A stretch of DNA of 64,000 nucleotides from an uncultured Holophagales bacterium (GTDB lineage: Bacteria; Acidobacteriota; Thermoanaerobaculia; Multivoradales; UBA5704): assembly GCA_963842525.1 (NCBI GenBank), contig CAWJGT010000023.1, positions 256,001 to 320,000 on the forward strand, in the 5' to 3' direction. Shown here piece after piece: positions 36,895-51,208 of the stretch. Made by a program: the position numbers and the translations under genes. The notes under the pieces were generated by a model. The model was given only the letters and a program-made list of their open reading frames with translations, was not told where the DNA came from and did no database searches. Position 1 is the stretch's first letter. Every line of letters starts with the position of its first letter.

Positions 36895-37724
36895 TCGAGC
36901 ACCTCCCCCGAGGACAGGAGCAGCTCCTCGCCATCTTTCGTCGCTAATTTGAGCCGTCCCAGATCGTCGAACCCGCGGAACGTCCCTTCGACGGTCCCCT
37001 GCCCGACCTGGCAGGTGATGGGCTCGCACTCCCGATGGACCGACAGACCGCGGTACTGCTCGACGGCGTAGGCGGCGTCGCCCAGATGGACCAGCTCGGC
37101 CTCGAGGCCGGCGACCAGGTCCCAGACCAGCCGGCCGAGCGGTATCAGGATGGGTTCTCCGCCGAGCAGGCGGAGCGAGGTGCCGGTCTCCGGCAGCTCG
37201 CCGGCCTCATGGCCATGGTTCACTCCGAAGCCGATGATCGCCAGAGCGCAGTCATCCGGCCGGACCACCGCCTCGATCAGGATCCCCCCGATCTTCTTGC
37301 GTTCTCCATGGGTCTCGACCACCAGGTCGTTCGGCCACTTGAGACGGCAGGTGGCCGGCAGGTGCCGGGCGAGCCCGCGGCAGAGCCCGATGCCGACCAG
37401 CAGCGGGAGGGTCTGCAGGAGCCCGGCCTCGTGGGCCCACAGCACCCGCGTGGCATAGACCCCCTTGCCCGGCGGGCTCATCCAGCTCCGGCCCTGCCGC
37501 CCGCGCCCGCCGCGCTGCTCCAGGGCGAGGATCAACACCGAATGGAGCTCCTGCTCCTCCTGGTCGTACTCCTTCACGATCTCGCGCGCCAGCAGGTTGG
37601 TCGAGTCCACGCTGCGCACGATGACGAGGTTCTCGGGGATGCGGTACTCCGTTCGATCTTCCTGGGGCGGCCGGGTCCGCTCCAACTCGTCCAGATAGGC
37701 GGCGAAAAGGTCCCCGGAGCCCAC
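36891..37724 (-). CDS. birA: Biotin-[acetyl-CoA-carboxylase] ligase
   Basis: VDSTN, QRGGRGRQGRSW, LKWPND, KIGGILIE. Confidence 0.93.
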   Translation of the reverse strand: MGSGDLFAAYLDELERTRPPQEDRTEYRIPENLVIVRSVDSTNLLAREIVKEYDQEEQELHSVLILALEQRGGRGRQGRSWMSPPGKGVYATRVLWAHEAGLLQTLPLLVGIGLCRGLARHLPATCRLKWPNDLVVETHGERKKIGGILIEAVVRPDDCALAIIGFGVNHGHEAGELPETGTSLRLLGGEPILIPLGRLVWDLVAGLEAELVHLGDAAYAVEQYRGLSVHRECEPITCQVGQGTVEGTFRGFDDLGRLKLATKDGEELLLSSGEVLE

Positions 37725-37725
37725 C

Positions 37726-40413
<2,688 letters not shown>

Positions 40414-40478
40414 GTCTGCCTCGTCGTCTGTCTCGTCGTTGTCTCGCCGCAAGGGAAATCCCTCGCCTCTCGTATTTC

Positions 40479-40537
40479 TTCCCCCTCTCCCGGGGGGTCG
40501 CGAGGGCGGATGGGAGAGGGGGTCAGGGGGTGAGGGG
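40479..40537. repeat. Family-A half element (intergenic)
   Basis: CCCCCTCTCCCGG...GGATGGGAGAGGGGGTCAGGGGGTGAGGGG. Confidence 0.85.
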
Positions 40538-40541
40538 TTCC

Positions 40542-41646
40542 CTACAGGTCCTCGGCCTGGCTCTCGAGCTCGCGCAGGCGCTCCCGGATGACCACCTCGG
40601 CCATGTCCGGGATGACCTCCCAGGCGACGTCCCGGACGGTCTTGTCGCCCAGCAGCTCGACGACCCGCCGCGCGATCCGATCCACGTCGTCGTCGCTCAG
40701 CCCGCCGCCGCCGTTGGCGGATGCAGGGGTGACCGAACCTACCGCTAAAGGCGCCGATAAAGGCGCCGGTAGAGGGGTCGCCAACGGCGGCGGGGCGGAC
40801 CAGGAAGACTCCGGCTCGTGCGCGGCTGCGAACGACGGCGGAGGTGGCGCCTCGATCCGCGCTTCCATCTCGGAAAAGCTGTCCACCAGAGGCGCCGCCT
40901 CCAGCGGCACACCGAGCCGCTCTTCGGGCGTCGCGGCGAAGCCGGCCGGGCTGCTCACTTCGGGAAAAACGGGGTCGGCGAACACCGGTTCGTCGAGCGA
41001 GACCTGCGGGCTCTCGAGGTCGAACAGCGGCTCGTCCACCGGGAAGGCGGTCTCCGGAGCCGCGTAGGCCAGGGCCGAGCGGTCTTCCTCCAGGACGAAG
41101 GGGCTCTCCTCGTCGAGGAACGGGCTCTGCAGGGGCGGCTCCGGCTCGGCCTGCACCTCGGGCCACTCCGGCCAAGCCGGGGCGGGAGGGGCCCCGGCCG
41201 CCTGGGCCATGGGATCAGTGACCGAAAGGTCCGGCTCCGGCTCGGACAGCGAGAGGGGCAGCTCGGCGACCCGGGCCGACGGAGACCGGGCGAGCAGCTC
41301 GTCGACCCGCTGCAGCAGCTCCTGGGAATCGAAAGGCTTCTTCAGGAACGAGTCGGCGCCCGCGGCACGCGCCTGGCTCTCGTCGAACGGCTCGAAAGTG
41401 CCCACGAGCAGCAGCACCGGCAGGTCCGGGCGCGTCGCCTTGGCGCGCCTGCAGACCTCATAGCCGTTGGCCCCGGGCATGTGCACGTCGGCGATGACGA
41501 AGTCCGGGTCGAGCTTCCGGCAGCGCGGCAATGGCGTCGTCGCCGTTGCTGACCGCTCGGACGTCGTAGTCCTCGTCCATGAACGTCAGCTCGATCACCT
41601 TCTGGATCGTGACGCTGTCGTCGGCCAGCAGAATACGTCTCTTCAT
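40542..41646 (-). CDS. Response regulator with receiver domain, acidic/Pro-rich linker and conserved C-terminal helix (frameshift near 41525)
   Basis: [26 protein letters not shown]; C-terminal [11 protein letters not shown]. Confidence 0.88.
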
Positions 41647-41674
41647 AGCTCCTCCGCGAGATTTGGCGACGGGA

Positions 41675-42076
41675 TCAGGCCGCCTGGATGCGGTCCTGCA
41701 GATAGCGCACGATGTCCTTGGTGGAGGTCCCCGGCAGGAAGATCTCGTCGATGCCCGAGCCCTTGAGCACTGCGACGTCCTGCGCCGGGATGATGCCGCC
41801 GGCAAAGACCAGGATGTCCGCGGCTCCCTGCTCCTTGAGCAGGCGCGTCACTTCGGGCAGCAGCGCATTGTGCGCCCCGGAAAGGATCGAGAGCCCCACC
41901 GCGTCGACGTCCTCCTGGACGGCGGCCGAGGCGATCTGCTCCGGCGTCTGGCGCAGCCCGGTGTAGATCACCTCGTAGCCGGCGTCGCGCAGGGCCCGCG
42001 CCACCACCTTCGCGCCACGGTCGTGCCCATCCAGGCCCGGCTTGGCGATCAGGATGCGAATCGGTCTGTCCCTCAT
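41675..42076 (-). CDS. Cobalamin-binding subunit of methylmalonyl-CoA mutase family
   Basis: [22 protein letters not shown]. Confidence 0.95.
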   Translation of the reverse strand: MRDRPIRILIAKPGLDGHDRGAKVVARALRDAGYEVIYTGLRQTPEQIASAAVQEDVDAVGLSILSGAHNALLPEVTRLLKEQGAADILVFAGGIIPAQDVAVLKGSGIDEIFLPGTSTKDIVRYLQDRIQAA

Positions 42077-42093
42077 GGCGCGCGATTGTAACA

Positions 42094-42127
42094 CCTCACC
42101 CCCACCCCCCTTTCCCGGGGGGTGAGG
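42094..42127. repeat. Short family-A-related hairpin
   Basis: CCTCACCCCC...GGGGGTGAGG. Confidence 0.6.
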
Positions 42128-43354
42128 TCAGAACGTCTCCAGGTCCACCAGCCGCAGGCCCTGGCCGAGGAGCTCCTTCCACTTGGCCGCGAAGGCCGGC
42201 CACTCGGCGGGCGGCTGCAGGTCGCCCTTGAGCCCGCTGTGGAGCCCGGCATCGAAGAGGCGCTTGCCGCCCTCGGTGTAGCCCTCGATGTCGAAGATCT
42301 GCGTGCCGCCGTCGCTCGCCCTCTTCCACTCGCTGTAGAGCTTGTCCCAGTCGTACTCGAACCACAGGCCGTAACCTCCGGCGCCGGCCCGGAAAACGCC
42401 GGCATAGAGGCGCTTGCCGCTGTCCGACCGGTAATGCTCGAGGTCGACCAGGCGCAGGTCCTGACCCGACAGCTCGTACCACTTCTTCTGGAACTCGTCC
42501 TTGTCCTGCCCGACCCAGAACGACTCCGGGTCCCATCCGTTGTGGAAGAGGCCGTTGAAGAAGCGCTTCCCCCCCTGCTCGTAGATGACGACGTCCACCA
42601 GCCGCATCCCGTCGTCGGTGAGGTTCTTCCACTTCCCGGAGAAGGCCTCCCACTCCAGGCCGGTGACGATCTCGCTCTTCTCCGGGCCGGAGTAGAAGAT
42701 GCCGCTCCACAGGCGCTGGCTGCCGTCCATCCAGGTCTCCAGCATGGCCGGGTGCGACCCCTTGGCGGCGAGCCGGTCCGACCGCGCCTTGAAGCGGTCC
42801 CAGGGCAGGCCGACCACCACCGCGCGTCCGCCCGGCAGCTTCTCGTAGACGCCGATCCACGTGCGCGCCGCCGCGGGCTTCTTTTCCTTGGCCGCAGCCG
42901 GTGCAGGCGGTGCTGGCGGCGTCCCGATCTCCAGGCTGTCCACGGCCAGCGTGACATGCACCGTGCCCTCGTCCTCGCTCCCCAGCTTCAGCACATAGTC
43001 GCCGCCTCCGGGGATGCTGATCGACTCCTTCTGCACCTCGTCCCAGGCCTCGGAGAACCAGCCGTCGTCCTCGAACAGGGTGCAGGCCAGGGCGACCGGG
43101 AAGCTCTGGACGTCGAACGTCTTGTTGATGTCCAGCGAGCTGGCCCCGACGACCTCTCCGGCGACGATCTCCTGGTCGCGGCCGCTGCCGATCCGGCAGG
43201 CCAGCCGCCATTCGCAGGCACCGCCCTCCTCACACCTTTCAGCCTTCATCTTGGTGAACGCGATCCGTCCCTCCGCCCGCGCGCCGGCCGCTCCGCCCAG
43301 CAGGAGCAGCCCTCCCAGCGCGGCAGGCAGGGCACGGCGAGAGACTTGGCGCAT
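42128..43354 (-). CDS. Secreted protein with C-terminal tandem repeats (BTRD1/polyglycine-hydrolase-like)
   Basis: Signal peptide; repeated W..F..KW..L...G.RLVD.E.Y units. Confidence 0.7.
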   Translation of the reverse strand: MRQVSRRALPAALGGLLLLGGAAGARAEGRIAFTKMKAERCEEGGACEWRLACRIGSGRDQEIVAGEVVGASSLDINKTFDVQSFPVALACTLFEDDGWFSEAWDEVQKESISIPGGGDYVLKLGSEDEGTVHVTLAVDSLEIGTPPAPPAPAAAKEKKPAAARTWIGVYEKLPGGRAVVVGLPWDRFKARSDRLAAKGSHPAMLETWMDGSQRLWSGIFYSGPEKSEIVTGLEWEAFSGKWKNLTDDGMRLVDVVIYEQGGKRFFNGLFHNGWDPESFWVGQDKDEFQKKWYELSGQDLRLVDLEHYRSDSGKRLYAGVFRAGAGGYGLWFEYDWDKLYSEWKRASDGGTQIFDIEGYTEGGKRLFDAGLHSGLKGDLQPPAEWPAFAAKWKELLGQGLRLVDLETF

Positions 43355-43445
43355 CGTGGCCAGAACCATCTGGAATGTCATAGGGATACCCTCCGTCGCA
43401 GAATCCGTGGCCTATCTTAGGCCAGAAATCGCGATCGGGGGGTAG

Positions 43446-43940
43446 TTATCGTAAAAGATAGTCGACCAGGTCGGTCGCGGGGGGCTGGTGGCCGAGCTGG
43501 CGCAGGAGAGAGGTCACCTGGCCGCGGTGGTAGGAGGTGTGGTTCACCAGGTGGAGCACCAGTTGCCAGAGCGGTGCGGTGCGGGTCTCGCCCTCCGAGC
43601 TGGTCCAGGTGATGAGGTCGGCGAGGTGAGAGTCCGTCAGGCTGGCGACGAAGGCTTCGACCTCCGAGGCCATCTCCTCCCAGCCATGGATCCAGGAGAG
43701 GAGGTCCGGGAAGTCCTCCAGCCTGGGCCGGTGGTCCAGCGGCTGGCCCGAGAAGCGCGACAGCCAGAGCTTCTGCGAGCCGAGCGTATGGACCATGGTG
43801 CCGAGGAGAGACCCGAAGCTGACCCCGGCCTCGCGGGTCAAGTCGTCGGGCGACACCGCCCGCACCGCGCTGAGCGTCGTGCGGTCGGCCCACAGCATGT
43901 AGAGAAGCAGGTCCCGCACTGCCGCAGAAGAGATCGACAT
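43446..43940 (-). CDS. DinB family protein
   Basis: SFGSLLGTMVH, HLVNHTSYHRGQ. Confidence 0.9.
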   Translation of the reverse strand: MSISSAAVRDLLLYMLWADRTTLSAVRAVSPDDLTREAGVSFGSLLGTMVHTLGSQKLWLSRFSGQPLDHRPRLEDFPDLLSWIHGWEEMASEVEAFVASLTDSHLADLITWTSSEGETRTAPLWQLVLHLVNHTSYHRGQVTSLLRQLGHQPPATDLVDYLLR

Positions 43941-43955
43941 GGGCGCCCTCCGCGG

Positions 43956-45719
<1,764 letters not shown>

Positions 45720-45806
45720 CGAGGGCTCTCCTTTCCAGGCGGGCGGGGCAAAGCAGTGCCGGGCGCCCCTCCCCGGGTCCCGACAAGTATAGCCGACACG
45801 CGCTCT

Positions 45807-45877
45807 CCCCTCCCCCGACCCCTCCCCCGCGCGGCCACCACACGCCCACCCCAAGCGGGAGAGGGGCGCCACCACCC
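45807..45877. repeat. Family-A half element (intergenic), same subtype as 28407 and 33575
   Basis: CCCTCCCCCGACCCCTCCCCCGCGCGGCCACC...GCGGGAGAGGGGCGCCACCACCC. Confidence 0.88.
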
Positions 45878-45932
45878 GGCCCTCTGACTGGATGGAAAGG
45901 TGGCGGGTCAGATGCGGAGTTGGCTCGCCACC

Positions 45933-46030
45933 CGGCCCAACGGGCCGGCAGAGCATAGCCCGGGGCTGAGGCCGCAGGCCGATGCCCCGGGTAGAAAGGC
46001 AACCAACCAATGCGGCCTGAAAGGCCCGCG
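45933..46030. repeat. Family-B-like REP element (intergenic)
   Basis: GGCCCAACGGGCC...TAGCCCGGGGC...GCCCCGGGT...GGCCTGAAAGGCC, same layout as 5113-5212. Confidence 0.65.
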
Positions 46031-46111
46031 AGAGATTTTTCTGATCGGGTCGGCCTCGCCGGTCCGGCGCGTCCCATCCTCGCAAATGCAGCACCCGGAG
46101 CCTTTGAGACT

Positions 46112-46470
46112 CCGCGCGACCCGGACCGCGAGTCCGGTCACAGGGACCGCGCAACGCCCCACACGGACCACGGGTCCTGTGACCGGACCCGCCAATGTGC
46201 ATCCGGTTTGGCGAAGCCAGTGACAGGGACCGCGGTCCGCGTGACCGGACCCACGGTCCGCGCAGCGGGCTTCGCGGTCCCGGCCACACGGAGCGGAAGA
46301 CGGGGCCGCGTTTTGCGAGGCGGATGACGGGAACCACGAAACCAGGAGCGCGACCCGCGGTCCGCGCCGGGGATCGCGTGGGCCCGCAGGCCTCGACATC
46401 CCAGGAGCCGACGCGGCTCGCGAGGCCCGTCGCTGGAGCGGCAGGTCCGGTCGCCGGCTCCGGGACCGGC
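46112..46470. repeat. Degenerate 21-bp-period array
   Basis: Units such as GACAGGGACCGCGGTCCGCGT, GACCGGACCCACGGTCCGCGC and CACACGGACCACGGGTCCTGT. Confidence 0.7.
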
Positions 46471-46478
46471 CACCGCCC

Positions 46479-46505
46479 AGATCCTCTCGCTACGCTCAGG
46501 ATGAT
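46479..46505. repeat. REP-like hairpin (family D)
   Basis: AGATCCTCTCGCTACGCTCAGGATGA resembles the widespread GATCCTTCGCTnCGCTCAGGATGAC repeat; single copy here. Confidence 0.5.
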
Positions 46506-46552
46506 ACGACGGAACTGACGCTTGGCTGGTCCATCTCGTTCGCTGGCAAGCC

Positions 46553-46606
46553 CTACGCCGACCCCAAGACGAACTGATTCCCGTCCGGATCGGCGAAGAT
46601 GGCCGG
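46553..46606 (-). pseudogene. C-terminal remnant of a VOC/glyoxalase protein
   Basis: Manual translation [16 protein letters not shown]. Confidence 0.45.
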
Positions 46607-46767
46607 CGAGGCCACGGTCCAGATAAGCCTTCTGGACATCTCTGAGGGAACCGGCCTGTCGAAGCGACTCAGTGCAGGAGGCGTTCCGCTTGCTCTCCAA
46701 GCGCCGGCTGCTTTCGATTCAGCGCGAGAGCATCACGGCGATCCCTCTCTACACCGTGCTGCGCCCG

Positions 46768-47157
46768 TCAGACCTTCTCCACGATGACGTCGTGTGCGTA
46801 TTGAGCGAGAGCGCCGAGATCGCCAGGATCCGAGGTGAGCACCGTTCCGCCTGGCTCGGCCAAGGCGACTACGAGCGCATCGACCGCGGAGCCTCGCCGT
46901 GCCAACCTCCGCAACAGCGCAGCTCGCCGTGCCAGCGGCTCGCCGATCTCCTCCACGAGATCGCACGTCTTGAGAAAGCTGTTGGAGAGAGCGTCGCGGC
47001 CCGGATGCCCGTGCAAACACTCCACGAGCACGATGGAGGGAACAAGGGGCGGCCACAGCCCCTCTTCGCGAAGCGCCAGGATCAGCGCTGCCACCTGCCG
47101 GGACCGCTCGGCCAAACGGCTGACTCCGCCCGAATCGAGGACCAGCACGGCGGTCAG
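46768..47157 (-). CDS. PIN-domain (VapC-like) toxin
   Basis: LVLDSGG, VLVE, SAVDALVVA, LTSDPGD. Confidence 0.85.
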   Translation of the reverse strand: MTAVLVLDSGGVSRLAERSRQVAALILALREEGLWPPLVPSIVLVECLHGHPGRDALSNSFLKTCDLVEEIGEPLARRAALLRRLARRGSAVDALVVALAEPGGTVLTSDPGDLGALAQYAHDVIVEKV

Positions 47158-47402
47158 CCCGCCTGACGCGTGCGCTGTCGCGCAAGCCGCCGCGCGACGG
47201 CGGCGGCGCGCGTCCGATCAGATGCGGCGGGTGGCCCCACCTCGGCGACCAGATCCGTAATGTAGCGGTCGGTTTCGGCGAGCAGATCCAGCCGTCGCAG
47301 CTCCGCGCGCACAGCCTTCTGAAGCAGCTCCGAGGCCGGAAGACCGCGGGCCTTCACCTGTGTGTACAGGTCGTCGGGGAGGTAAACCTGCATGCGAGCC
47401 AT
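47154..47402 (-). CDS. RHH antitoxin (CcdA/VapB-like)
   Basis: MARMQVYLPDDLY...ASELLQKAVRAEL; adjacent to the PIN gene. Confidence 0.85.
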   Translation of the reverse strand: MARMQVYLPDDLYTQVKARGLPASELLQKAVRAELRRLDLLAETDRYITDLVAEVGPPAASDRTRAAAVARRLARQRTRQAG

Positions 47403-47409
47403 ACGCCTA

Positions 47410-47415
47410 AGTATA
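47410..47415 (-). promoter_or_regulatory. -10 box of a probable leaderless TA promoter
   Basis: TATACT 7 nt upstream of the antitoxin ATG. Confidence 0.5.
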
Positions 47416-47432
47416 CACCGGGAAGTGGTGCG

Positions 47433-47612
47433 TCACTCACCGAGAAGGGCTTCCACCTGGATCGCGAAAGAACTCTCGACATCGGCTTCTGCCGAGTCCT
47501 CGGCAAGCATGTCGTAAGCCCTGCTCAGGCGTTCCGCCACCGACCGGTCTGCCATGTTTCTAGCCGCCCGATAGACATCGTCGGGCAGGTTCACAGTGAA
47601 CTCATGGTCCAT
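47433..47612 (-). CDS. Small orphan antitoxin-like protein (59 aa, not in the ORF track)
   Basis: MDHEFTVNLPDDVYRAARNMADRSVAERLSRAYDMLAEDSAEADVESSFAIQVEALLGE*. Confidence 0.55.
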   Translation of the reverse strand: MDHEFTVNLPDDVYRAARNMADRSVAERLSRAYDMLAEDSAEADVESSFAIQVEALLGE

Positions 47613-47651
47613 CTCCGTGGGACCCTCCTTATTGGAGCTGCCAGCCGCGGC

Positions 47652-48065
47652 TCACTGGGAAAAGCGCCGCGCCGCATCAAGGGCGGTGCCGAGGGCCGGC
47701 TCGATCTCTCGCCCTTGACGCAGCCAATCCACCACGGAATGCCCCTCCAGCGAGCGAGACGGCGCGACCAGCCAGCCTGCCAGGGTCCAATCATCGACGC
47801 CGGTATTCCGGAAGCACTGCAAGATGTCCGGCAGACGCGGCAGGGTACCGTTGTGCTCGTCGAACTGGAAGGCAGGATAGACAACGACGCCGTCAGCCGT
47901 CCGCAGACCGAGCAGCGTCCGCCGGGCGCGGCGGTTGGCAACCGCCTGGCGGGAGACGTCTCCCAGGAGCTTCGAAACCGTGCTCACGGTGTAGAAGGGG
48001 CCAAGGAGATCTTCCCAGCGCGATGGCTCCGGGATGGTTTCGACCGTCCTCTGCACAGGCACCAT
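47652..48065 (-). CDS. Xre/MbcA-like antitoxin, orphan
   Basis: HTH-like VSRQAVANR, YPAFQF, WTLAGWL..P...LEG.S..DWL; no RES toxin downstream. Confidence 0.65.
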   Translation of the reverse strand: MVPVQRTVETIPEPSRWEDLLGPFYTVSTVSKLLGDVSRQAVANRRARRTLLGLRTADGVVVYPAFQFDEHNGTLPRLPDILQCFRNTGVDDWTLAGWLVAPSRSLEGHSVVDWLRQGREIEPALGTALDAARRFSQ

Positions 48066-48229
48066 GTCGCAACGTTACGCTGCGGGCGCAATCCTGTCCA
48101 GGTCGTCAAGGAGAGCCACCCTGGCATCATGGCGATCCGTGTTTATACTGTGCTACCGCCCGTGGGCCTGCTAGCCGCGACCGCCCCTTCGGATACGAGC
48201 CCGTATTCCAGTACAATCCTCAGGGAGCC

Positions 48230-48583
48230 ATGCTCATGAACCTGCCCGCCGTGTCCGATCCCGTGCCTCTGACCCTGGCTGAGGACAGCGGTGTGATCCG
48301 TGTGGCCGGGACGCGTGTCACTCTCGACACGGTCATCGGAGCCTTCAAGAGCGGGGCGACTCCCGAGGAGATCGCTCAGGACTACTCGTCGGTCCCGCTG
48401 GCGGACGTGTACGCCGTCATCACCTACTACCTCCGGCATCGATCCGAGGTCGAAGAGTACCTGGACAGGCGTGCGCGGGAGCACCGGGAGCTACGGTGTG
48501 AGATCGAGTCACGCCCCGGCTACCAGGAGTTTCGCGAGCGGCTCCTCGCCCGCATGCAGAAGGCACGGGCAAGCGCGGCCTGA
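48230..48583 (+). CDS. DUF433 family antitoxin
   Basis: IRVAGTRVTLD, GATPEEIAQDY, DVYAVITYY. Confidence 0.92.
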   Translation: MLMNLPAVSDPVPLTLAEDSGVIRVAGTRVTLDTVIGAFKSGATPEEIAQDYSSVPLADVYAVITYYLRHRSEVEEYLDRRAREHRELRCEIESRPGYQEFRERLLARMQKARASAA

Positions 48584-48933
48584 TGCTTCGCCTGGCCGCC
48601 GACGAGAACTTTGACGGCCGCATCGTACGTGGGCTGTTGCGAGTCCTTCCCGACCTCGATCTGGTCCGCGTGCAGGACACTCCCCTTGCGGAGGCCCCCG
48701 ATGAGGAGGTCTTGGAATGGGCAGCCCGCGAAGGGCGCTTGGTGCTGACCCACGACGTTGGCACCATGACGGCGGCCGCTTGGGCTCGTGTCCGGGCCGG
48801 CCTTCCGATGCCTGGTCTCATCGAGGTGAGCTCCGAGCAGCCGATTGGCCGGGCGATCGATGAGATCCGCTTGGTCGTCGTGGCATCCCGAGAGGGAGAG
48901 CACGAAGCGCAGGTGCTCTTCCTCCCGCTTTGA
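48583..48933 (+). CDS. DUF5615 PIN-like toxin
   Basis: LAADENF, DEEVLEWAAREGRLVLTHD. Confidence 0.9.
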   Translation: MLRLAADENFDGRIVRGLLRVLPDLDLVRVQDTPLAEAPDEEVLEWAAREGRLVLTHDVGTMTAAAWARVRAGLPMPGLIEVSSEQPIGRAIDEIRLVVVASREGEHEAQVLFLPL

Positions 48934-51198
48934 CACCACTCGACCGCCAGCCTGACTCCATGATCGAAGCTCCCTACGCACGGGACCTGCTGCTGCTCGG
49001 CGGCGGGCATTCTCATGCCCTGGCTCTCCGCATGCTTGGGATGCGGCCGCTGCCCGGCGTGCGCGTCACGCTGGTGAGCGACGTCTCTTCCGCACCCTAC
49101 TCGGGCATGCTGCCCGGGCATGTTGCGGGCTTCTATTCGTGGGAGGAGATGCACATCGACCTGCGCCGGCTGTGCGCCTTCGCCGGCGCGACGTTCGTGC
49201 TCGGCCACGTCGAGGGCCTGGAGCCGGAGGCCCGTCTCGTCCACGTGGGCGGCCGGCCGCCGATGCATGCGGACGTCATCTCCCTCAACATCGGCAGCAC
49301 GCCGAGCTTGCGGGACGTGCCGGGCGCGGAGGCTTGGGCCATCCCCGCCAAGCCGGTACCGCAGCTCCTGGCGGGCTGGGAGCGGGTGAAGGCCGCGGCT
49401 GCGCAGCGCGAGCAGCGCCTCGTCCTCGTCGGCGGCGGCGCCGGCGGTGTGGAGCTGGCCTTGACCATGCACCACCAGCTCGGCCGGCGAGGCTCCATCA
49501 CCGTCGTGCACGAGGGCCCACATCTGCTGCCGGGCCACAACCCGCGCGTGCGCAAAATCCTGTCCCGGCTGCTCATGGAACGCGGCATCGCGGTCCGCAT
49601 CGGCACGAGGGTCGTCGAGGTCACCCCGGAGGGCGTGCGCCTTGCGACCGGCGAGCTTCCTGGAGGCGGACTCCGTGTTCTGGGTCACCCAGGTCTCGGC
49701 GCCGCCCTGGGTCGCGGCGAGCGGGCTGGCCACCACGGCGGAGGGGTTCGTCCGCGTGACGCCGACGCTCCAGGCGGTCGATCACCCCTGGATCTTCGCC
49801 GTGGGTGACGTGGCGACGATCGACGGCGAAGCCCGTCCCAAGTCCGGCGTCTTCGCCGTCCGCATGGCCAAGCCGCTCGTGGACAACCTGCGGGCGTCGT
49901 TTGCCGGCCGGCCGCTGCGGATGTACCGTCCCCAGAGCCATCATTTGGGCCTCCTCGGCACCGGCGACGGCCGGGCGGTGGCCTCGCGCCGCTGGCTGGC
50001 GGGCCATTCCGCCTTTTTCTGGCGCCTCAAGGACCGCATCGACCGCCGCTTCATGGCCAAGTTCGAGGACCTGCCCGTGATGCAGGAGGAGCCCGCGGCC
50101 GGTGAGGCCGGCGACGGGCTGGCCGGGCTCCGGCAAAGGGCTCACATGCGTTGCCTCGGCTGCGCGGCCAAGGTGGGCAACACTACGCTCGACCGCGTGA
50201 TCGCCCGCCTGCGCGCAGAGCACGGCACGGCCTGGCAGGATGCCGCACGTACCGGCGCCGTGCTCGCCGGCCTGGAAGCGCCGGATGACGCCGCGGTCTT
50301 CTCCGTGCCGCCGGGCCGGGCGCTGGTCCAGAGCGTCGACTACATGCCGGCTTTGGTCTCCGATCCATTCCTTTTCGGGCGCATCGCCACGCTCCACAGT
50401 TGCAGCGACCTGTTTGCCATGGGCGCGGCGCCGCATAGCGCGCTGGCCGCCGCGCTGGTCCCTTTCGCCTCCGAGGAGGTGACCGAGGAGACGCTCTATC
50501 AACTGCTCAGCGGGGTCCTGCGCGAGCTCACGGCCCTGGACGCCACGCTGCTCGGCGGGCACAGCGCGGAAGCCTCCGTGCTCGGCCTGGCCCTCACGGT
50601 GAACGGCCTGATCGATCCTGCCCGGATCCTGCGCAAGGGTGGGCTGCAATTTGGCGAGGCGCTCCTCCTCACCAAGCCTCTCGGCACAGGCGTCCTCTTC
50701 GCCGCGCACATGCGGCTGCAGGCCAAGGCGGCATGGATCGAGGAGGCGATCGCCTCGATGCTGGCCTCCAATCGGGCCGCGGCCACGATCCTGCGCGATC
50801 ATGGAGCCCGCGGCTGCACGGACGTGACCGGCTTCGGCCTCGCCGGCCATCTCCTGGAGATGCTGCGGCCGCAGCGTCTCGGCGCGAAGCTGCGTCTCGC
50901 CGAGGTCCCTGCCCTGGCAGGAGCCCTGCCGTGCCTGCAACGCGGGCTTGCCAGCTCGCTGCAGCCGGCGAATCAGCGCGCCGTGTCCGCCATTGCGAAT
51001 GCCGCGGCCTTCGCCGGGCACGAGCGATTGGGGCTGCTCTTCGATCCCCAGACCTCCGGCGGCCTCCTGGCCGGCGTGCCGGCGGAGCGCGCCGCCGATT
51101 GCGTCGAGGCTCTCCGTGCGGCAGGCTACGTCCACGCCGCGATCATCGGACAGGTCACCGAGCGCGACGACGCCGAGGCGCCCATTCTTGTGGAGTGA
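48930..51198 (+). CDS. selD: Selenide,water dikinase fused to an N-terminal NDH-like FAD oxidoreductase (frameshift near 49655)
   Basis: LLGGGHSH, YSGMLPG, GGGAGGVE; GCAAKV, DDAAV, SDLFAMG, LTKPLGTG, TDVTGFGLAGH, DPQTSGGLL. Confidence 0.92.
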
Positions 51199-51208
51199 TC
51201 GATACGTG

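Noticed and set aside
40414-41175. Long N-terminal extension of ValS given by the ORF track
   Set aside because: It overlaps the response regulator in another frame and crosses an intergenic repeat; ValS homology starts near MDKRFDP
45720-46700. N-terminal extension of methylmalonyl-CoA mutase
   Set aside because: It is read-through of stop-free repeat DNA; an SD and plausible start lie at 45719
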